DNA from: Polyangiaceae bacterium
GTDB taxonomy: Bacteria; Myxococcota_A; Polyangia; Polyangiales; Polyangiaceae
DNA length: 64,000 nt
Assembly: GCA_044376115.1 (NCBI GenBank)
Contig: JBILLK010000013.1
Location: 1 to 64,000, forward strand
Direction: 5' to 3'
Below are positions 1 to 9,575 of this stretch, in pieces; the first letter of the stretch is position 1, and every line of letters starts with the position of its first letter. Under the pieces are notes generated by a model, which was not told where the DNA came from, made no database searches, and was given only the letters and a program-made list of their open reading frames with translations. The translations under genes and the position numbers were made by a program.

Positions 1-268
1 GCCGATGAGCCCCGAGGCGCACTGCGATTCCCTCGGAGAATTGCGCCCAGCTCGGACCCAGGCGCGGCTTTCCGAACGGAGGGCGCGACATTGGGGCGTG
101 CGATAAACCATCGCCCCGCCCAATGTCACTCCGAGCACCGGGCGGCGTCGGGTGCGCGCCGCCGGCGACGCGCTGCCCGCCGATGAGCCCCGAGGCGCAC
201 TGCGATTCCCTCGGAGAATTGCGCCCAGCTCGGACCCGGCGCGGCTTTCCGAACGGAGGGCGCGACAT
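1..268. repeat. ~90-bp direct repeat (1-91 and 179-268), each copy running into a hairpin that begins GCGACAT
   Basis: gccgatgagccccgaggcgcactgcgattccctcggagaattgcgcccagctcggaccc...ctttccgaacggagggcgcgacat occurs twice, about 178 bp apart. It may extend beyond the window start. Confidence 0.9.
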
Positions 269-325
269 ATCGCCGAGTCTCACCGTGACAGCGGGCGATC
301 TGTCGCACGCAGCCGGGCAGCGACC
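262..325 (-). repeat. REP-like 46-bp palindrome, single copy (locus A)
   Basis: gcgacatatcgccgagtctcaccgtgacagcgggcgatctgtcgca (262-307) is the reverse complement of the family consensus TGCGACACATCGCCCGCTGTCACCGTGAGACTCGGCGATATGTCGC. Confidence 0.9.
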
Positions 326-340
326 GTGCGGCGCTAGGCT

Positions 341-1771
341 CTATTGCTCAAAGCAATAGAGCCTTGAAAACAGGTTACAGCTGCGTGTGTTCTGCGAGGT
401 CCAGCCGGACGAAGACACGTTGGCTACGCCGTACGAGCCGTTGAACCCGGAAGAGTTCGTGGTCCAACCGGAGCAGGTTTGCGACTGCGCGTTGCCGAGC
501 GTGTTCGTCCCCGTCCAGACCACCGGCTGGCCGAAGATACCGAGGTCTGCGCCTGTTTCTGTCACCGAGATGGGTATCGCTAACGTACTATCGAGGAGAT
601 CGTTGAAGTTGTTGGCGACCTTGAAACCATCGAGCCGAACGTAGGGGCCTTGGAACTGAGTGAAGGTGGTGAGCGGGGTGTTCGCCCCGGCGCTCAACCA
701 GGCTTTGTACGTTCCGGAGAGGTTCTGCGCCTGGGCGCGAGCTTGACAAAGGCTGTCCCCGGCCGCGAGCCCTCCCAGATTACCTGGGTACGTCTGGCTG
801 GTAACGAATACCCGTTTAGCGCTCATACACATCGATTCGACGCACAAGGAGCCTGACGTACAATCACTATTATCCGAGCAGGTCGTCGGGCAGTCGATGC
901 TGGAGCCCGAACACGCGTAGGGCGCACAAGCCATCGGAGCAGCGCCCGTTTCGGCGACTTGATCTTGCGGGCACGTGTCGAGGCCGTTGCAGAACTCGGC
1001 TACGTCGCAAGGCGCGGCCTCGGGTCTGCACACGGTGGTGGCAGGCTCTTTTTCGTCGGCGGGGCAATCGGGGCTCTGGCCGTCGCAGGTCTCCACCCGG
1101 TCGCACGGGCCGTTCGCCCCGCGGCAGCTCGTCCCCAACGCGGCAAGCTCGTCGGCGGGGCAGGTCGTTGAAACCCCGTCGCACATTTCGGCCGCGTCAC
1201 AGTCAGCAGTCGCTGCACGGCATTCGGTTTCCGCGTCGTAGATATAGTCTTCTGGGCACTCGCTGGAGAGGCCGTCACACACTTCCTCGTCGTCGCAATC
1301 GCCGCCGTCGGGCCTGCACACAAAGCCTGCTTGCTGGGCGAGATCGGCCGGGCACTCGAGGTTCACCCCATCGCAGCTTTCGGCTACGTCGCAACCGCCG
1401 GTTGCTACACGACATACGAGGTCGCCTTGGATCGGCGCGCAACTTCCGTCTTCCGCCCCGGTGAGCGAACCGAGGCACGAACCGCAATCAGCCGCGCAGG
1501 CTGCATCGCAGCACACGCCCTCGACGCAAAAGCCCGAAAGACACCCCTCCTCCGACGAGCAGGACGAGCCGTTGCGTTGCGGCGCGGCGCCGCCATTCGC
1601 TCCGCTTCCACCAGCCTGGGCTGCTCCGCCTGTGGGCTGCGCCCCCGCGCCAGCGGAGCCCCCATCACCACCACCGCTCCCGCCGTTCGAGCTGCTTGCA
1701 CTGTCTCCACAACCGAAGGCGACCAACGTCGCGACCGCGTAACTCCACCGGGACTGATTCACTATGCGCAT
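341..1771 (-). CDS. Lipoprotein with disintegrin-like Cys-rich repeats and C-terminal DUF1554-like domain
   Basis: Lipobox AFGC, Gly linker, repeated CRxxxxxCDxxExCDGxxxxCP, and C-terminal KRVFVTS...GNLGGL..GDxxC...YKAWLS...WTGT...LYCFEQ. Confidence 0.8.
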   Translation of the reverse strand: MRIVNQSRWSYAVATLVAFGCGDSASSSNGGSGGGDGGSAGAGAQPTGGAAQAGGSGANGGAAPQRNGSSCSSEEGCLSGFCVEGVCCDAACAADCGSCLGSLTGAEDGSCAPIQGDLVCRVATGGCDVAESCDGVNLECPADLAQQAGFVCRPDGGDCDDEEVCDGLSSECPEDYIYDAETECRAATADCDAAEMCDGVSTTCPADELAALGTSCRGANGPCDRVETCDGQSPDCPADEKEPATTVCRPEAAPCDVAEFCNGLDTCPQDQVAETGAAPMACAPYACSGSSIDCPTTCSDNSDCTSGSLCVESMCMSAKRVFVTSQTYPGNLGGLAAGDSLCQARAQAQNLSGTYKAWLSAGANTPLTTFTQFQGPYVRLDGFKVANNFNDLLDSTLAIPISVTETGADLGIFGQPVVWTGTNTLGNAQSQTCSGWTTNSSGFNGSYGVANVSSSGWTSQNTRSCNLFSRLYCFEQ

Positions 1772-1831
1772 GAAAGCTCCTTGGCCGGGCAAAGCCGGCT
1801 TCGGGTGCTGTACCCAGCGCGCAGAATTCGA

Positions 1832-2458
1832 TCACCCGCTCAGCTGCTGCGCTGGTCGACGTTCGGTCAACCATTGCGCAAGCTCGCTCTCGCTTTCTCC
1901 GAGCGGGACGGTGGACGAGCTGTTCATCGTCTCACGTAGCGCCGAGAGGCCGCGTCGCAGACGGCTGCGCACGGTGCCCTCGGGAATACCGAGTACGTAG
2001 GCAAGGTCGGGCCCGCGTAGCCCCTCCCAATAGTGGAGTTCCAGCGCGATCTGCAGATCCAGCGCCAACGACCGCAGCGCCTGTGCAATGAGCTGCTTCT
2101 CGGAGAGCCGCCGCGCTTGGCTCGAGGGAGATGGCGCAAGATCGGCAAGCGAAGAGACGCCAAAGTCCAAGAGCTCGTGCTTGCGCTTGGCACGGTAATA
2201 GTTGCATAGCTCGTGGCGCGCGATCGCAAACAGAAATACCCGAAAGCTCGAAGCGCCGCGGAAGCTGTCACGCGACTCGACGCAGCCGAGGAAGGTGCGC
2301 TGCACGAGATCGTTGACGTCGTGGCGGACCTTCCCACGAAAGAACCTGAATATCTCATTAAAGTGACGATGAAAGAGCTCTTCACCGGCGGCTCGGTCGC
2401 CGTCGCGCCAAGCTGCGTGAAGAGTGGCGTCGTCCTCGCGAAGGGGGGATTCGTTCAT
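1832..2458 (-). CDS. ECF-type RNA polymerase sigma-70 factor
   Basis: Region 2 (DLVQRTF...SSFRVFLFAIARH) and region 4 (LELHYWEGL...LAYVLGIPEGTVRSRLRR). Confidence 0.9.
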   Translation of the reverse strand: MNESPLREDDATLHAAWRDGDRAAGEELFHRHFNEIFRFFRGKVRHDVNDLVQRTFLGCVESRDSFRGASSFRVFLFAIARHELCNYYRAKRKHELLDFGVSSLADLAPSPSSQARRLSEKQLIAQALRSLALDLQIALELHYWEGLRGPDLAYVLGIPEGTVRSRLRRGLSALRETMNSSSTVPLGESESELAQWLTERRPAQQLSG

Positions 2459-2474
2459 CGGCCGTTGCTAGCGG

Positions 2475-4025
2475 TTAGAGGTTGGAGATCTTGTCGCATT
2501 GGCGTTCAGCCCCAGGCGGTTCAAAGCTCATTTGGTAGAGACAAACCCGGCGAATCAGCGCGGGGTCTTGAAGCTGGGCGGAGCATTGCGCCAATTGGAC
2601 CGTGGCGTAGCGGGTCGGCTTGGCCCCAAGGATCAGCTCGGCGCAAGCGCGATAGTCTTGTGCTCGAGCCTTCTTGCGAGCCTCTGGCAACGGGGGAATG
2701 CACAGCTCGGGGGTGTGTTGCCTCGTGGCGTGGCGGTCGGCGGAGTTCCAAGCGGCACAAGCGCGTTCGAGCGGCTCGGGCCCGCCGGCGTACTCCGCGC
2801 AGTTGATCCAGGTCAGGAGCAACGCCTCGGTATTTGCGCGCTTGGATAGATATTCAGCACATTCGCTGTAACGTCCAGCGCGGGTCAGCGCCATCACTTC
2901 ACGAGCGATCTCCGCCTCAGGATCGAGCGCGCTCGGAGCGGCGCTGGGCTTCGGCTGACGGGGCGTTCGCGGCGAGGAACGCTCGCTGGTTTGCTCTTGC
3001 GGGGCTGGCGTCGAGCGAGGCTGCATGATGGCAACAGCCGCGGCTGCGGCGACGACCGACACGGCGACGACCGACACAACGCCCACAGCGATCGCCGCGC
3101 GAACGCGCGTTTGCTTGGGCTTCGCGCAATTGCGCAGGGCCGCGAGCAAGCCCGTCATGGAGGCATAGCGGGCAGCCGGTGCTTCAGCCAAGGCAGGTAT
3201 CAGCGCGCTGACCAGGCGCCTCACCTCAGCCGAGGTCGCTTCGTTGAGCTGGAGGCCGCGCGCCATCGCCTGACCAACCTCGGCTGCAGAGTTGTTCGCG
3301 AAAGGCAGCACGCCGGTGAGCGCCTCAAAGGCCATCACGGCGAAGCTGAACTGATCGCTTTGAGCGTCGGCGCGAACGCCAGCCAGCTGCTCGGGCGCCA
3401 TATAGCGTTGGGTGCCTGGCAGCGAGGTAGCCCCCGCTGACGGGCTATCCACTGCCAACAGGGCCAAGCCGAAGTCGCAAAGTCGAGGGCTGCCGCTGTC
3501 GTCGAGCAGCACGTTGTCTGGCTTCACGTCGCGATGCACGAGCCCAGCTGCGTGCCCGGCCGCGAGCCCTTCCCCAACCTTGCACAGGACGTCCACGACC
3601 TGTGCCGGTGAGCGCGGTTGGCGAAGCCAAGCGCGCAAGGTCCCACCGCGCATCAGCTCGGAGACGAGGAAGTTGAGACCGCGCTCCGAGCCGACCTCGA
3701 AGATCGGCAATACGTGCGGATGCGACAAAAGGGCCAGCGCCCGCGCTTCACGCAGCACGAGCTCCTCACTGCGCGAGGACGACAAGAGCTTGAGCGCGAC
3801 TTCACGCTGCAGCTTGGGATCGAAGGCCGAGTAGACGACGCCCATCGCGCCTTCACCCAGCAGCGTCCGCAGCTCGAAGCGGCCCACGTGCGTTCGCTGG
3901 GCCGGTCCACCGAACAAAGCGGCAAACGTCTCCGCGCGCGCCTGCCCGCGCACCAGCCGTTCGACCGGACCGCCGGCCGAGTCTGTGGAGGCGGTATCGC
4001 TTGCCTGGGGCGCCATCGAAGCCAA
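2475..4025 (-). CDS. Membrane-anchored Ser/Thr protein kinase
   Basis: LGEGAMGVVY, VALK, HRDVKPDN, DFG, GTQRYMAPE and DQFSF motifs, followed by a TM helix and an extracellular tail. Confidence 0.95.
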   Translation of the reverse strand: MASMAPQASDTASTDSAGGPVERLVRGQARAETFAALFGGPAQRTHVGRFELRTLLGEGAMGVVYSAFDPKLQREVALKLLSSSRSEELVLREARALALLSHPHVLPIFEVGSERGLNFLVSELMRGGTLRAWLRQPRSPAQVVDVLCKVGEGLAAGHAAGLVHRDVKPDNVLLDDSGSPRLCDFGLALLAVDSPSAGATSLPGTQRYMAPEQLAGVRADAQSDQFSFAVMAFEALTGVLPFANNSAAEVGQAMARGLQLNEATSAEVRRLVSALIPALAEAPAARYASMTGLLAALRNCAKPKQTRVRAAIAVGVVSVVAVSVVAAAAAVAIMQPRSTPAPQEQTSERSSPRTPRQPKPSAAPSALDPEAEIAREVMALTRAGRYSECAEYLSKRANTEALLLTWINCAEYAGGPEPLERACAAWNSADRHATRQHTPELCIPPLPEARKKARAQDYRACAELILGAKPTRYATVQLAQCSAQLQDPALIRRVCLYQMSFEPPGAERQCDKISNL

Positions 4026-4148
4026 CTATACGCGCGCCGAAGCGCGATTGTTCCAGTTGACTTAATCTTTCCGTGGGGCCCTCTTCGCCCGCCGGCCACG
4101 AGGCCAATTAAGCTCGTTTAAGTGCACGCAGCGCTCGGCCGAGCGCAC

Positions 4149-5231
4149 ATGGGTCGGGTGAAAAGTCGATGGCTTTGCCTTGTGTCCCTCGCCCTTGGCC
4201 TCGCAGGCTGCGGCGGAATCGCGGTCATGGATGCGCTCGAGGAGGATGGTGGAACGCAGGAGGACGCAGAGAGCCGACGGGTCATCGCCATCTCAGCGGG
4301 CGGCTACACCACCTGTGCGTTGCGGGCGGACCACACTATCACCTGCTTTGGCGGCGGAGTCGGCAGCACCCCGCAAGAGCTGCCGTTCTCGCCGTCGGTC
4401 GAAGTCGCGGTTGGAGCTCGCGGTGTGTGTGCGCGAACCAAGCTTGGGACCGTTGAGTGCATCGACCTCGACTACAACCTGCCGCACTCAATCGCCGCGC
4501 CCAAGGTCGTAGCTGGGATCGACGACGCGAGCCAAATCACCGTCGGACCAGGCCATGCCTGTGTTGTGCGTTCAAACGGGCAGCTTGTTTGCTGGGGCAA
4601 AAACGAGCTCGGCCAACTCGGCAACGGGAGCTTCGAGGCCAGCGCAACGCCGACCCCGGTTGGCCTCGGACCTGTGCGCTGGGCCTCCGCCGGCGAGTTC
4701 AACGTCTGCGCGCTCACCGATGATGGGGCCTTCTGTTGGGGACGTGGAGCATACGGTGCGTTGGGCGACGGCGTGAGTTACCCATCTGAGCAAGTGGCGC
4801 CGCCCGAGCAAACCTGCCAGCCGCAGCCGGTGCAGGTCGTCGGGCTCACCGCTCCAACCAAGCTCTCGGCGGGGCTCAACGCCGCCTGCGTGGTCGATGG
4901 GCCGGCCGGTGCAGTTGCATGTTGGGGCGACGCTTCGTGGTTGGCAGAGGTCAGCGCCGCTGACGGAATCAATGACATCTACGTTGGATACGACAGCAAT
5001 TGCGTCCTGCACCAAGACCGCAGCCTGAGCTGTTGGGGCCATGGTGCCTTCGGTGCGATGCCCGGGTTGAGCGACATTGAGGCCGTTACCGGCAGCTGGT
5101 CGCACAGCTGCGCGCTCGATGACGCCGGCGCCGTTCGCTGTTGGGGTACCGGCGAGGCTACAGCGTCTTGGGCACCGGACGTCGCTGACGGCGAGGAGAG
5201 CTGGGACGAACCGCGGCTGGTCGAGCTTTGA
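4149..5231 (+). CDS. RCC1/BLIP-II repeat lipoprotein
   Basis: Lipobox LAGC, with repeated HAC..CWGKNELGQLGNG and CWG motifs. Confidence 0.85.
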   Translation: MGRVKSRWLCLVSLALGLAGCGGIAVMDALEEDGGTQEDAESRRVIAISAGGYTTCALRADHTITCFGGGVGSTPQELPFSPSVEVAVGARGVCARTKLGTVECIDLDYNLPHSIAAPKVVAGIDDASQITVGPGHACVVRSNGQLVCWGKNELGQLGNGSFEASATPTPVGLGPVRWASAGEFNVCALTDDGAFCWGRGAYGALGDGVSYPSEQVAPPEQTCQPQPVQVVGLTAPTKLSAGLNAACVVDGPAGAVACWGDASWLAEVSAADGINDIYVGYDSNCVLHQDRSLSCWGHGAFGAMPGLSDIEAVTGSWSHSCALDDAGAVRCWGTGEATASWAPDVADGEESWDEPRLVEL

Positions 5232-5264
5232 GCGGAGGGGCGGCGGGCGAGGCTGGCTCACGCC

Positions 5265-6491
5265 CTACCGCGCCGGACCTTCCTCGTTTGGGATGCACAG
5301 CTGTTGGCCTCTCTTAGCGTCGACCTTGCAGGTGCGCCCTTCGCCGCAGCGGCCGGCGTTGCAGAGAGTCGTGCAAACTCCCGTGCCGCTCGCGGTCTCG
5401 CGGCAGACCCCGCGGCAGTCGGAGTCTTTCTGGCAGGGGTCTCCGGGCGAGCTCCTCGAAAGCATGTAGCCGCAGGGCCCGCCGATCAAGGCGAGGAGTA
5501 GGAGGCAGGTGATGACGAGGGGCCTCATGGCGGCGCGCTGCGCCTTGCGGCGCTCCGCTTCGACGCGCGCCAAGGTCCTGGTCATGCGCTCGCCGTCCTT
5601 GGCCCGCCAGGCGCGATAGGCCTGGGCCTCGAACCCAGGGAGCGGGCGCAGGAGCTGGTGGCGGACGCGCTCACGGAGCGTGAGCTTCGACTTGCCGTCG
5701 ACGTCGATGACGATACCGAGCGCACGGGACTTGGGTTGCACCGTCGCGGAGATCGTTACTCGCGGAGCGCGATGTCGCGTGGCTCTCCCCAGCCGCGGAA
5801 GCTCGACGACGTCGGCGTCGCCGTTCAGGAGCTCGACGATGGACTCGTAGCTCTCTCGCTCGCTCCCAGCCTCCACGCGGTCCAAGGCCTCCTCGAACGA
5901 GGCCTCGAGGACCTGGAGGTACTCGAGGCGCTCGTCCTCCTCGAAGTGGAACATCGAAGGCCCGCCACACAGCGCCGACCACATCTCGGCGAGGTCGAGG
6001 CTCCGGCGGGTAAGCCGGCCCTTGGTCATCGCGTCGAGCACGCGATCGATGAGCCACTCGCGGTCGCGGCTGGCGCGCTGTCCGAGGGCCTTCTCCAGGT
6101 TCAGGAACGGCGCAGAGAACTCCCGGTTCATGCGAGGCCCGTGCGCGCTGACCCAGAAGGTGTCGTCGGCCCTGCGCTCGAACCCGACGCGATACACGCG
6201 CGCCCCGGGGATCGTCGCTGGCCGACGGTCCGCGTCGCCCAGCGCGAATACGGGGGTGATCTCCAAGAGGGCGGAGAGCCGCGGAAACTCTGGTCCGAGC
6301 CGCTTTGCGGGGTGATGGTCGAAGTTTGCCGGCGTGACGTCCCGAGCATCGACGTAGACACGCTCGCTCTTCCAGTCGCTGATGTGCTGGTCGAAGCGCG
6401 TCCACCAGGTGGCGAGCGGCTCGGTCTCGAGGCGCTGTCCGTCCACATGAAGCCGGCCCGGCCACCACGGCCCCACTGCGTCCTCCACCAT
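5265..6491 (-). CDS. Hypothetical membrane protein with C-terminal Cys-rich extracellular module
   Basis: 408-aa ORF with a TM helix (LVITCLLLLALIGGPCGY) followed by PGDPCQKDSDC...C repeats. Confidence 0.65.
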   Translation of the reverse strand: MVEDAVGPWWPGRLHVDGQRLETEPLATWWTRFDQHISDWKSERVYVDARDVTPANFDHHPAKRLGPEFPRLSALLEITPVFALGDADRRPATIPGARVYRVGFERRADDTFWVSAHGPRMNREFSAPFLNLEKALGQRASRDREWLIDRVLDAMTKGRLTRRSLDLAEMWSALCGGPSMFHFEEDERLEYLQVLEASFEEALDRVEAGSERESYESIVELLNGDADVVELPRLGRATRHRAPRVTISATVQPKSRALGIVIDVDGKSKLTLRERVRHQLLRPLPGFEAQAYRAWRAKDGERMTRTLARVEAERRKAQRAAMRPLVITCLLLLALIGGPCGYMLSRSSPGDPCQKDSDCRGVCRETASGTGVCTTLCNAGRCGEGRTCKVDAKRGQQLCIPNEEGPAR

Positions 6492-6585
6492 GCCGGCCGA
6501 CTACCACGCACGCGTCATCGGCGCGAGGGGGCGCTAGACCCTGGAACGCCCTTGCATCCCACGGCGTCCGAGTCACGCTTGAGGG

Positions 6586-6957
6586 ATGCAGCCTCCTACC
6601 CGCGTTGGAGACGTTCCGCAGCGTGTGCTCGAAGAGACGCGCGCGTTCGTGGCGAAGCAGCGGACGCTGGAAGATGTAGTGCGCGGAGTGCTACTGGCGG
6701 GCGGCGCGCTCTGTGATGTCGTGGTTCAGGACGAGTACACGCACGACGTGGTGGTGAGGCCCACGGCCACGAGCAAGCACTTCCTGGTCTACGATACGAC
6801 GTGACTGGGTGGTTTGACGGCGGTCGCCGTCTGGGATCACCAACCGACAGCCGAAGAGCTGCTTAGGGCGCGCGTTGCAGCCGGTTGGGAGCCGGTGCCG
6901 ACCGCCACCAAGGCGGGCCCGCGGGTGCTCGGCTATGCGGCGTGTTTGGTGCGCTAG
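6586..6957 (+). CDS. Putative selenoprotein of unknown function (123 aa, Sec at TGA 6802-6804)
   Basis: The ORF-track 72-aa ORF ends ...HFLVYDTT-TGA. The same frame continues LGGLTAVAVWDHQPTAEELLRARVAAGWEPVPTATKAGPRVLGYAACLVR to TAG 6955-6957, and a SECIS-like hairpin follows the TGA. Confidence 0.75.
6805..6841 (+). promoter_or_regulatory. Bacterial SECIS-like stem-loop
   Basis: Upper stem GACGGC (6816-6821) / GCCGTC (6826-6831) with loop GGTC. Lower stem GGTGGTT (6808-6814) / GATCACC (6835-6841). The loop starts 17 nt after UGA. Confidence 0.7.
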
Positions 6958-7048
6958 CCACGTAATCGATCGCTTCGGGTGGTAGCGAAGCGATGGCTGT
7001 CTCCGGCCGAGGCTTTACGGCTGCGTGAGGTGGCCGTAGAGCGTTGGG

Positions 7049-8599
7049 ATGCTGCGTTTTCCCACTTGGTCCTTCGCTTGGTGCGTCCTTCTCGGCGGCG
7101 CGGCCTGCACCGACGAGGGGACCTCGGGCAGCGCCGGTGCGGGTAGCTGCGAGAGCGCTTGTGCGGGCTCGGCGCAGACCTCGTCGGGTGCGGGCGGTGA
7201 AGGCGGCGCAACCTCGAGCGGTGGCGCCGGCGCGACCACGGTGAGCGGTGGCGGCGGCCAGGGTGGAGAGGGCGGGGCACCGTGGACCGGCGTGCCAATC
7301 GATACGCCGCTGCGCCTGCTGTTCATCGGTAACAGCTTCACGCACCAAGGGCCTGTACCGCACATCGTGCGGGACCTCGCGGCCTCGGTTGGTTGGCCCA
7401 AGCCCGAGGTGGAGTTCAGCGCGCCGGGCGGGGTTACGCTGGCGTTCCATAGCACGCTGCCGGAGACGCTCGCGCTCGTCGACCAAGGTCAATGGAGCTT
7501 CGTCGTGTTGCAAGACCTCTCGACGCGGCCGACCGATAACGCCGGGGATCCGGCCGCGTTCAAGAGCGACGCCACGTGGTTTTACGACCGCATCAAGCAA
7601 GCGAGCCCGCAGGCGCAGGTGGTCCTTTATGAGACCTGGGCGCGCCACCCCGAGCACGATATCTACCCGGGCACCTTCAGTGATCCGCTCGAGATGCAGG
7701 CGCAGCTGCGATACCACTATAACGACGCGGCTAACGTCTATATCCCGGCCAATGCGCAACAGCGTTCGGCGCCGAGCGAGGTTTGGGTCGCTCCGGTTGG
7801 GGACGCTTGGGAGGCGCAGCTCGCCTCGCCCAACGCGCTCGGGCTGCACGCCTCCGACCTCTATCACGCCAATGCGACCGGCCAATATCTCAACGCCCTC
7901 GTGCTTTATTCATCTATTTACGGCGTCACGGCGACCGGCGCGGCGAGCCTCGGATTGTCGGCGCAAGACGCAGCGACCTTGCAAGCGGTCGCCGATGCAA
8001 CGACGGGCATCACGCAGACTCCCCCGCCCTTCCCTGAAGCAAGCTTCGAGATCGGGCAGAGCGTGCAGATCGACTTCGGTGCGCTGCCGACGAACGCCAG
8101 CGGGTGGAACGTGGTCAACGATTGTTTCGGCGGCGCGGTGTACGGCCTGGTTGACTCGATGGGCGAAGGGACGAGCGTTGATGTGCGCATCAGCGATGCT
8201 TTCAACGGCTCGAACGAGCTGGGGCTCACCACGAATACGCTGGGTTACCCGAGCGAGGTCTCGCAAGACGCCTGCTGGGTCGGCTCCTTCGATGGGCACG
8301 GCCCGGGGCTCAGTGAGCTAGGCGTGGTGGAGCTCAACGACGTACCCGATGGCAATTACGAGCTGGTGCTGTTTGCCTCGCGTTCGGGGGACGACGGTGG
8401 ACTCGGCCGGCTTACGCGTTTCACCGTTGGGGGCAGCTCGCAGGAGCTCGAGGTGAGCGACAACGCCAGCAACGTCGTCACTTTCTCCAACCTCACGCCG
8501 CAAAACGGCTCGCTCGCGATCGAGGTGCGCGTCAGCCCCAATGGCACTGGTCGCTTCGGTTACCTCGGTAGCCTGCAGTTGACGAAGACCGCCGATTGA
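7049..8599 (+). CDS. Secreted SGNH-hydrolase-like (DUF4886-like) lipoprotein with C-terminal beta-sandwich
   Basis: Lipobox GAAC, LLFIGNSFT block I, WSFVVLQD, YETWAR and the DLYH catalytic DxxH. Confidence 0.8.
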   Translation: MLRFPTWSFAWCVLLGGAACTDEGTSGSAGAGSCESACAGSAQTSSGAGGEGGATSSGGAGATTVSGGGGQGGEGGAPWTGVPIDTPLRLLFIGNSFTHQGPVPHIVRDLAASVGWPKPEVEFSAPGGVTLAFHSTLPETLALVDQGQWSFVVLQDLSTRPTDNAGDPAAFKSDATWFYDRIKQASPQAQVVLYETWARHPEHDIYPGTFSDPLEMQAQLRYHYNDAANVYIPANAQQRSAPSEVWVAPVGDAWEAQLASPNALGLHASDLYHANATGQYLNALVLYSSIYGVTATGAASLGLSAQDAATLQAVADATTGITQTPPPFPEASFEIGQSVQIDFGALPTNASGWNVVNDCFGGAVYGLVDSMGEGTSVDVRISDAFNGSNELGLTTNTLGYPSEVSQDACWVGSFDGHGPGLSELGVVELNDVPDGNYELVLFASRSGDDGGLGRLTRFTVGGSSQELEVSDNASNVVTFSNLTPQNGSLAIEVRVSPNGTGRFGYLGSLQLTKTAD

Positions 8600-8645
8600 A
8601 GCTTAGGTTGGTGGGCCGCCCTCAACGCAATAGCGTTAGAGCGCC

Positions 8646-9515
8646 TCACTGCAGCGCAAAGGTAGCGACGACCGCCTTGTGATCGCTGCGGCCCCCTGGC
8701 ATCACCGTGGCCGACTCGAGCTCGAGGTGCGCGCGGTTAAAGGCCAGGTGGTCGAGCTGAAAGTCGAGCGCGGGCTGGGCACCGGCCCAGGTCCACGTTG
8801 TGTCGCGCACACGACCTTGGGGCAACGCGTTCTCGAAGCCGGCCGTCGCCAGCTCCGTAAAGAGCTCCGCTTCGGGCTGCTCGTTCATGTCCCCGCCGAT
8901 GATGGTCGGCAGATCCGGCCGCAGACCTTGCATCAGCTCACGCGTCTCGCGCGCCCGGTCGCCTCGCGTCTTGAGGTGGGTGGCGACCCACTCCGGCGGG
9001 TTCGCCACGGCGGGCTTGAGGTGAAGGTTCAGCAGCTGCACCTCGCCAACGAGCGTCGTGACAACAGCGTGCTGCGCCGGGAACCAGCCGATCGGCGACG
9101 GCAGCAGTTGTTCTTCGACCAGCGTGCCTTTCGCACAGATCGCCAAGCCCTCGGGCAGTAGTCGCTTCGGATGGTGGAAGGTGCAAAACGCAAAGCGCTT
9201 TTCCAGCAGCGGGCGAAGCGCGCCCTCCCAAACGGCGTTCGTCTCTTGGAGCAGCAGCACGTCGGCCTCCAGGCTTGTCGCTCGTGCGAGCGTCTCAGCG
9301 TCGACGCTGCCTTCATCTTCGGCGAGCGCGTAAAGCACGTTGTAGCTCGCCACCGTCAAGCGCTTGGGTTGCACCTCCGCTGCCGGCGTAGCCTGCTCGG
9401 ACTCGGGTCGAGCTTGCTCCGGCGGCAACGCAGGAGAGCTCGAGGCTCTTTCTTGTTGGCCTACCGCGTAGCCGCACCCCGACAGCGAGAACACAACGAG
9501 CCACAAGCTTTGCAT
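8646..9515 (-). CDS. Endonuclease/exonuclease/phosphatase family lipoprotein
   Basis: VASYNV, DVLLLQE, NLHL, GGDMN, LDHL and SDH motifs. Confidence 0.9.
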   Translation of the reverse strand: MQSLWLVVFSLSGCGYAVGQQERASSSPALPPEQARPESEQATPAAEVQPKRLTVASYNVLYALAEDEGSVDAETLARATSLEADVLLLQETNAVWEGALRPLLEKRFAFCTFHHPKRLLPEGLAICAKGTLVEEQLLPSPIGWFPAQHAVVTTLVGEVQLLNLHLKPAVANPPEWVATHLKTRGDRARETRELMQGLRPDLPTIIGGDMNEQPEAELFTELATAGFENALPQGRVRDTTWTWAGAQPALDFQLDHLAFNRAHLELESATVMPGGRSDHKAVVATFALQ

Positions 9516-9575
9516 GCCGCCTTATCGGGCGAAGACCTTGGAGTGTGACAGGCCAGCGAAGCCGTTCGTGCTGTC

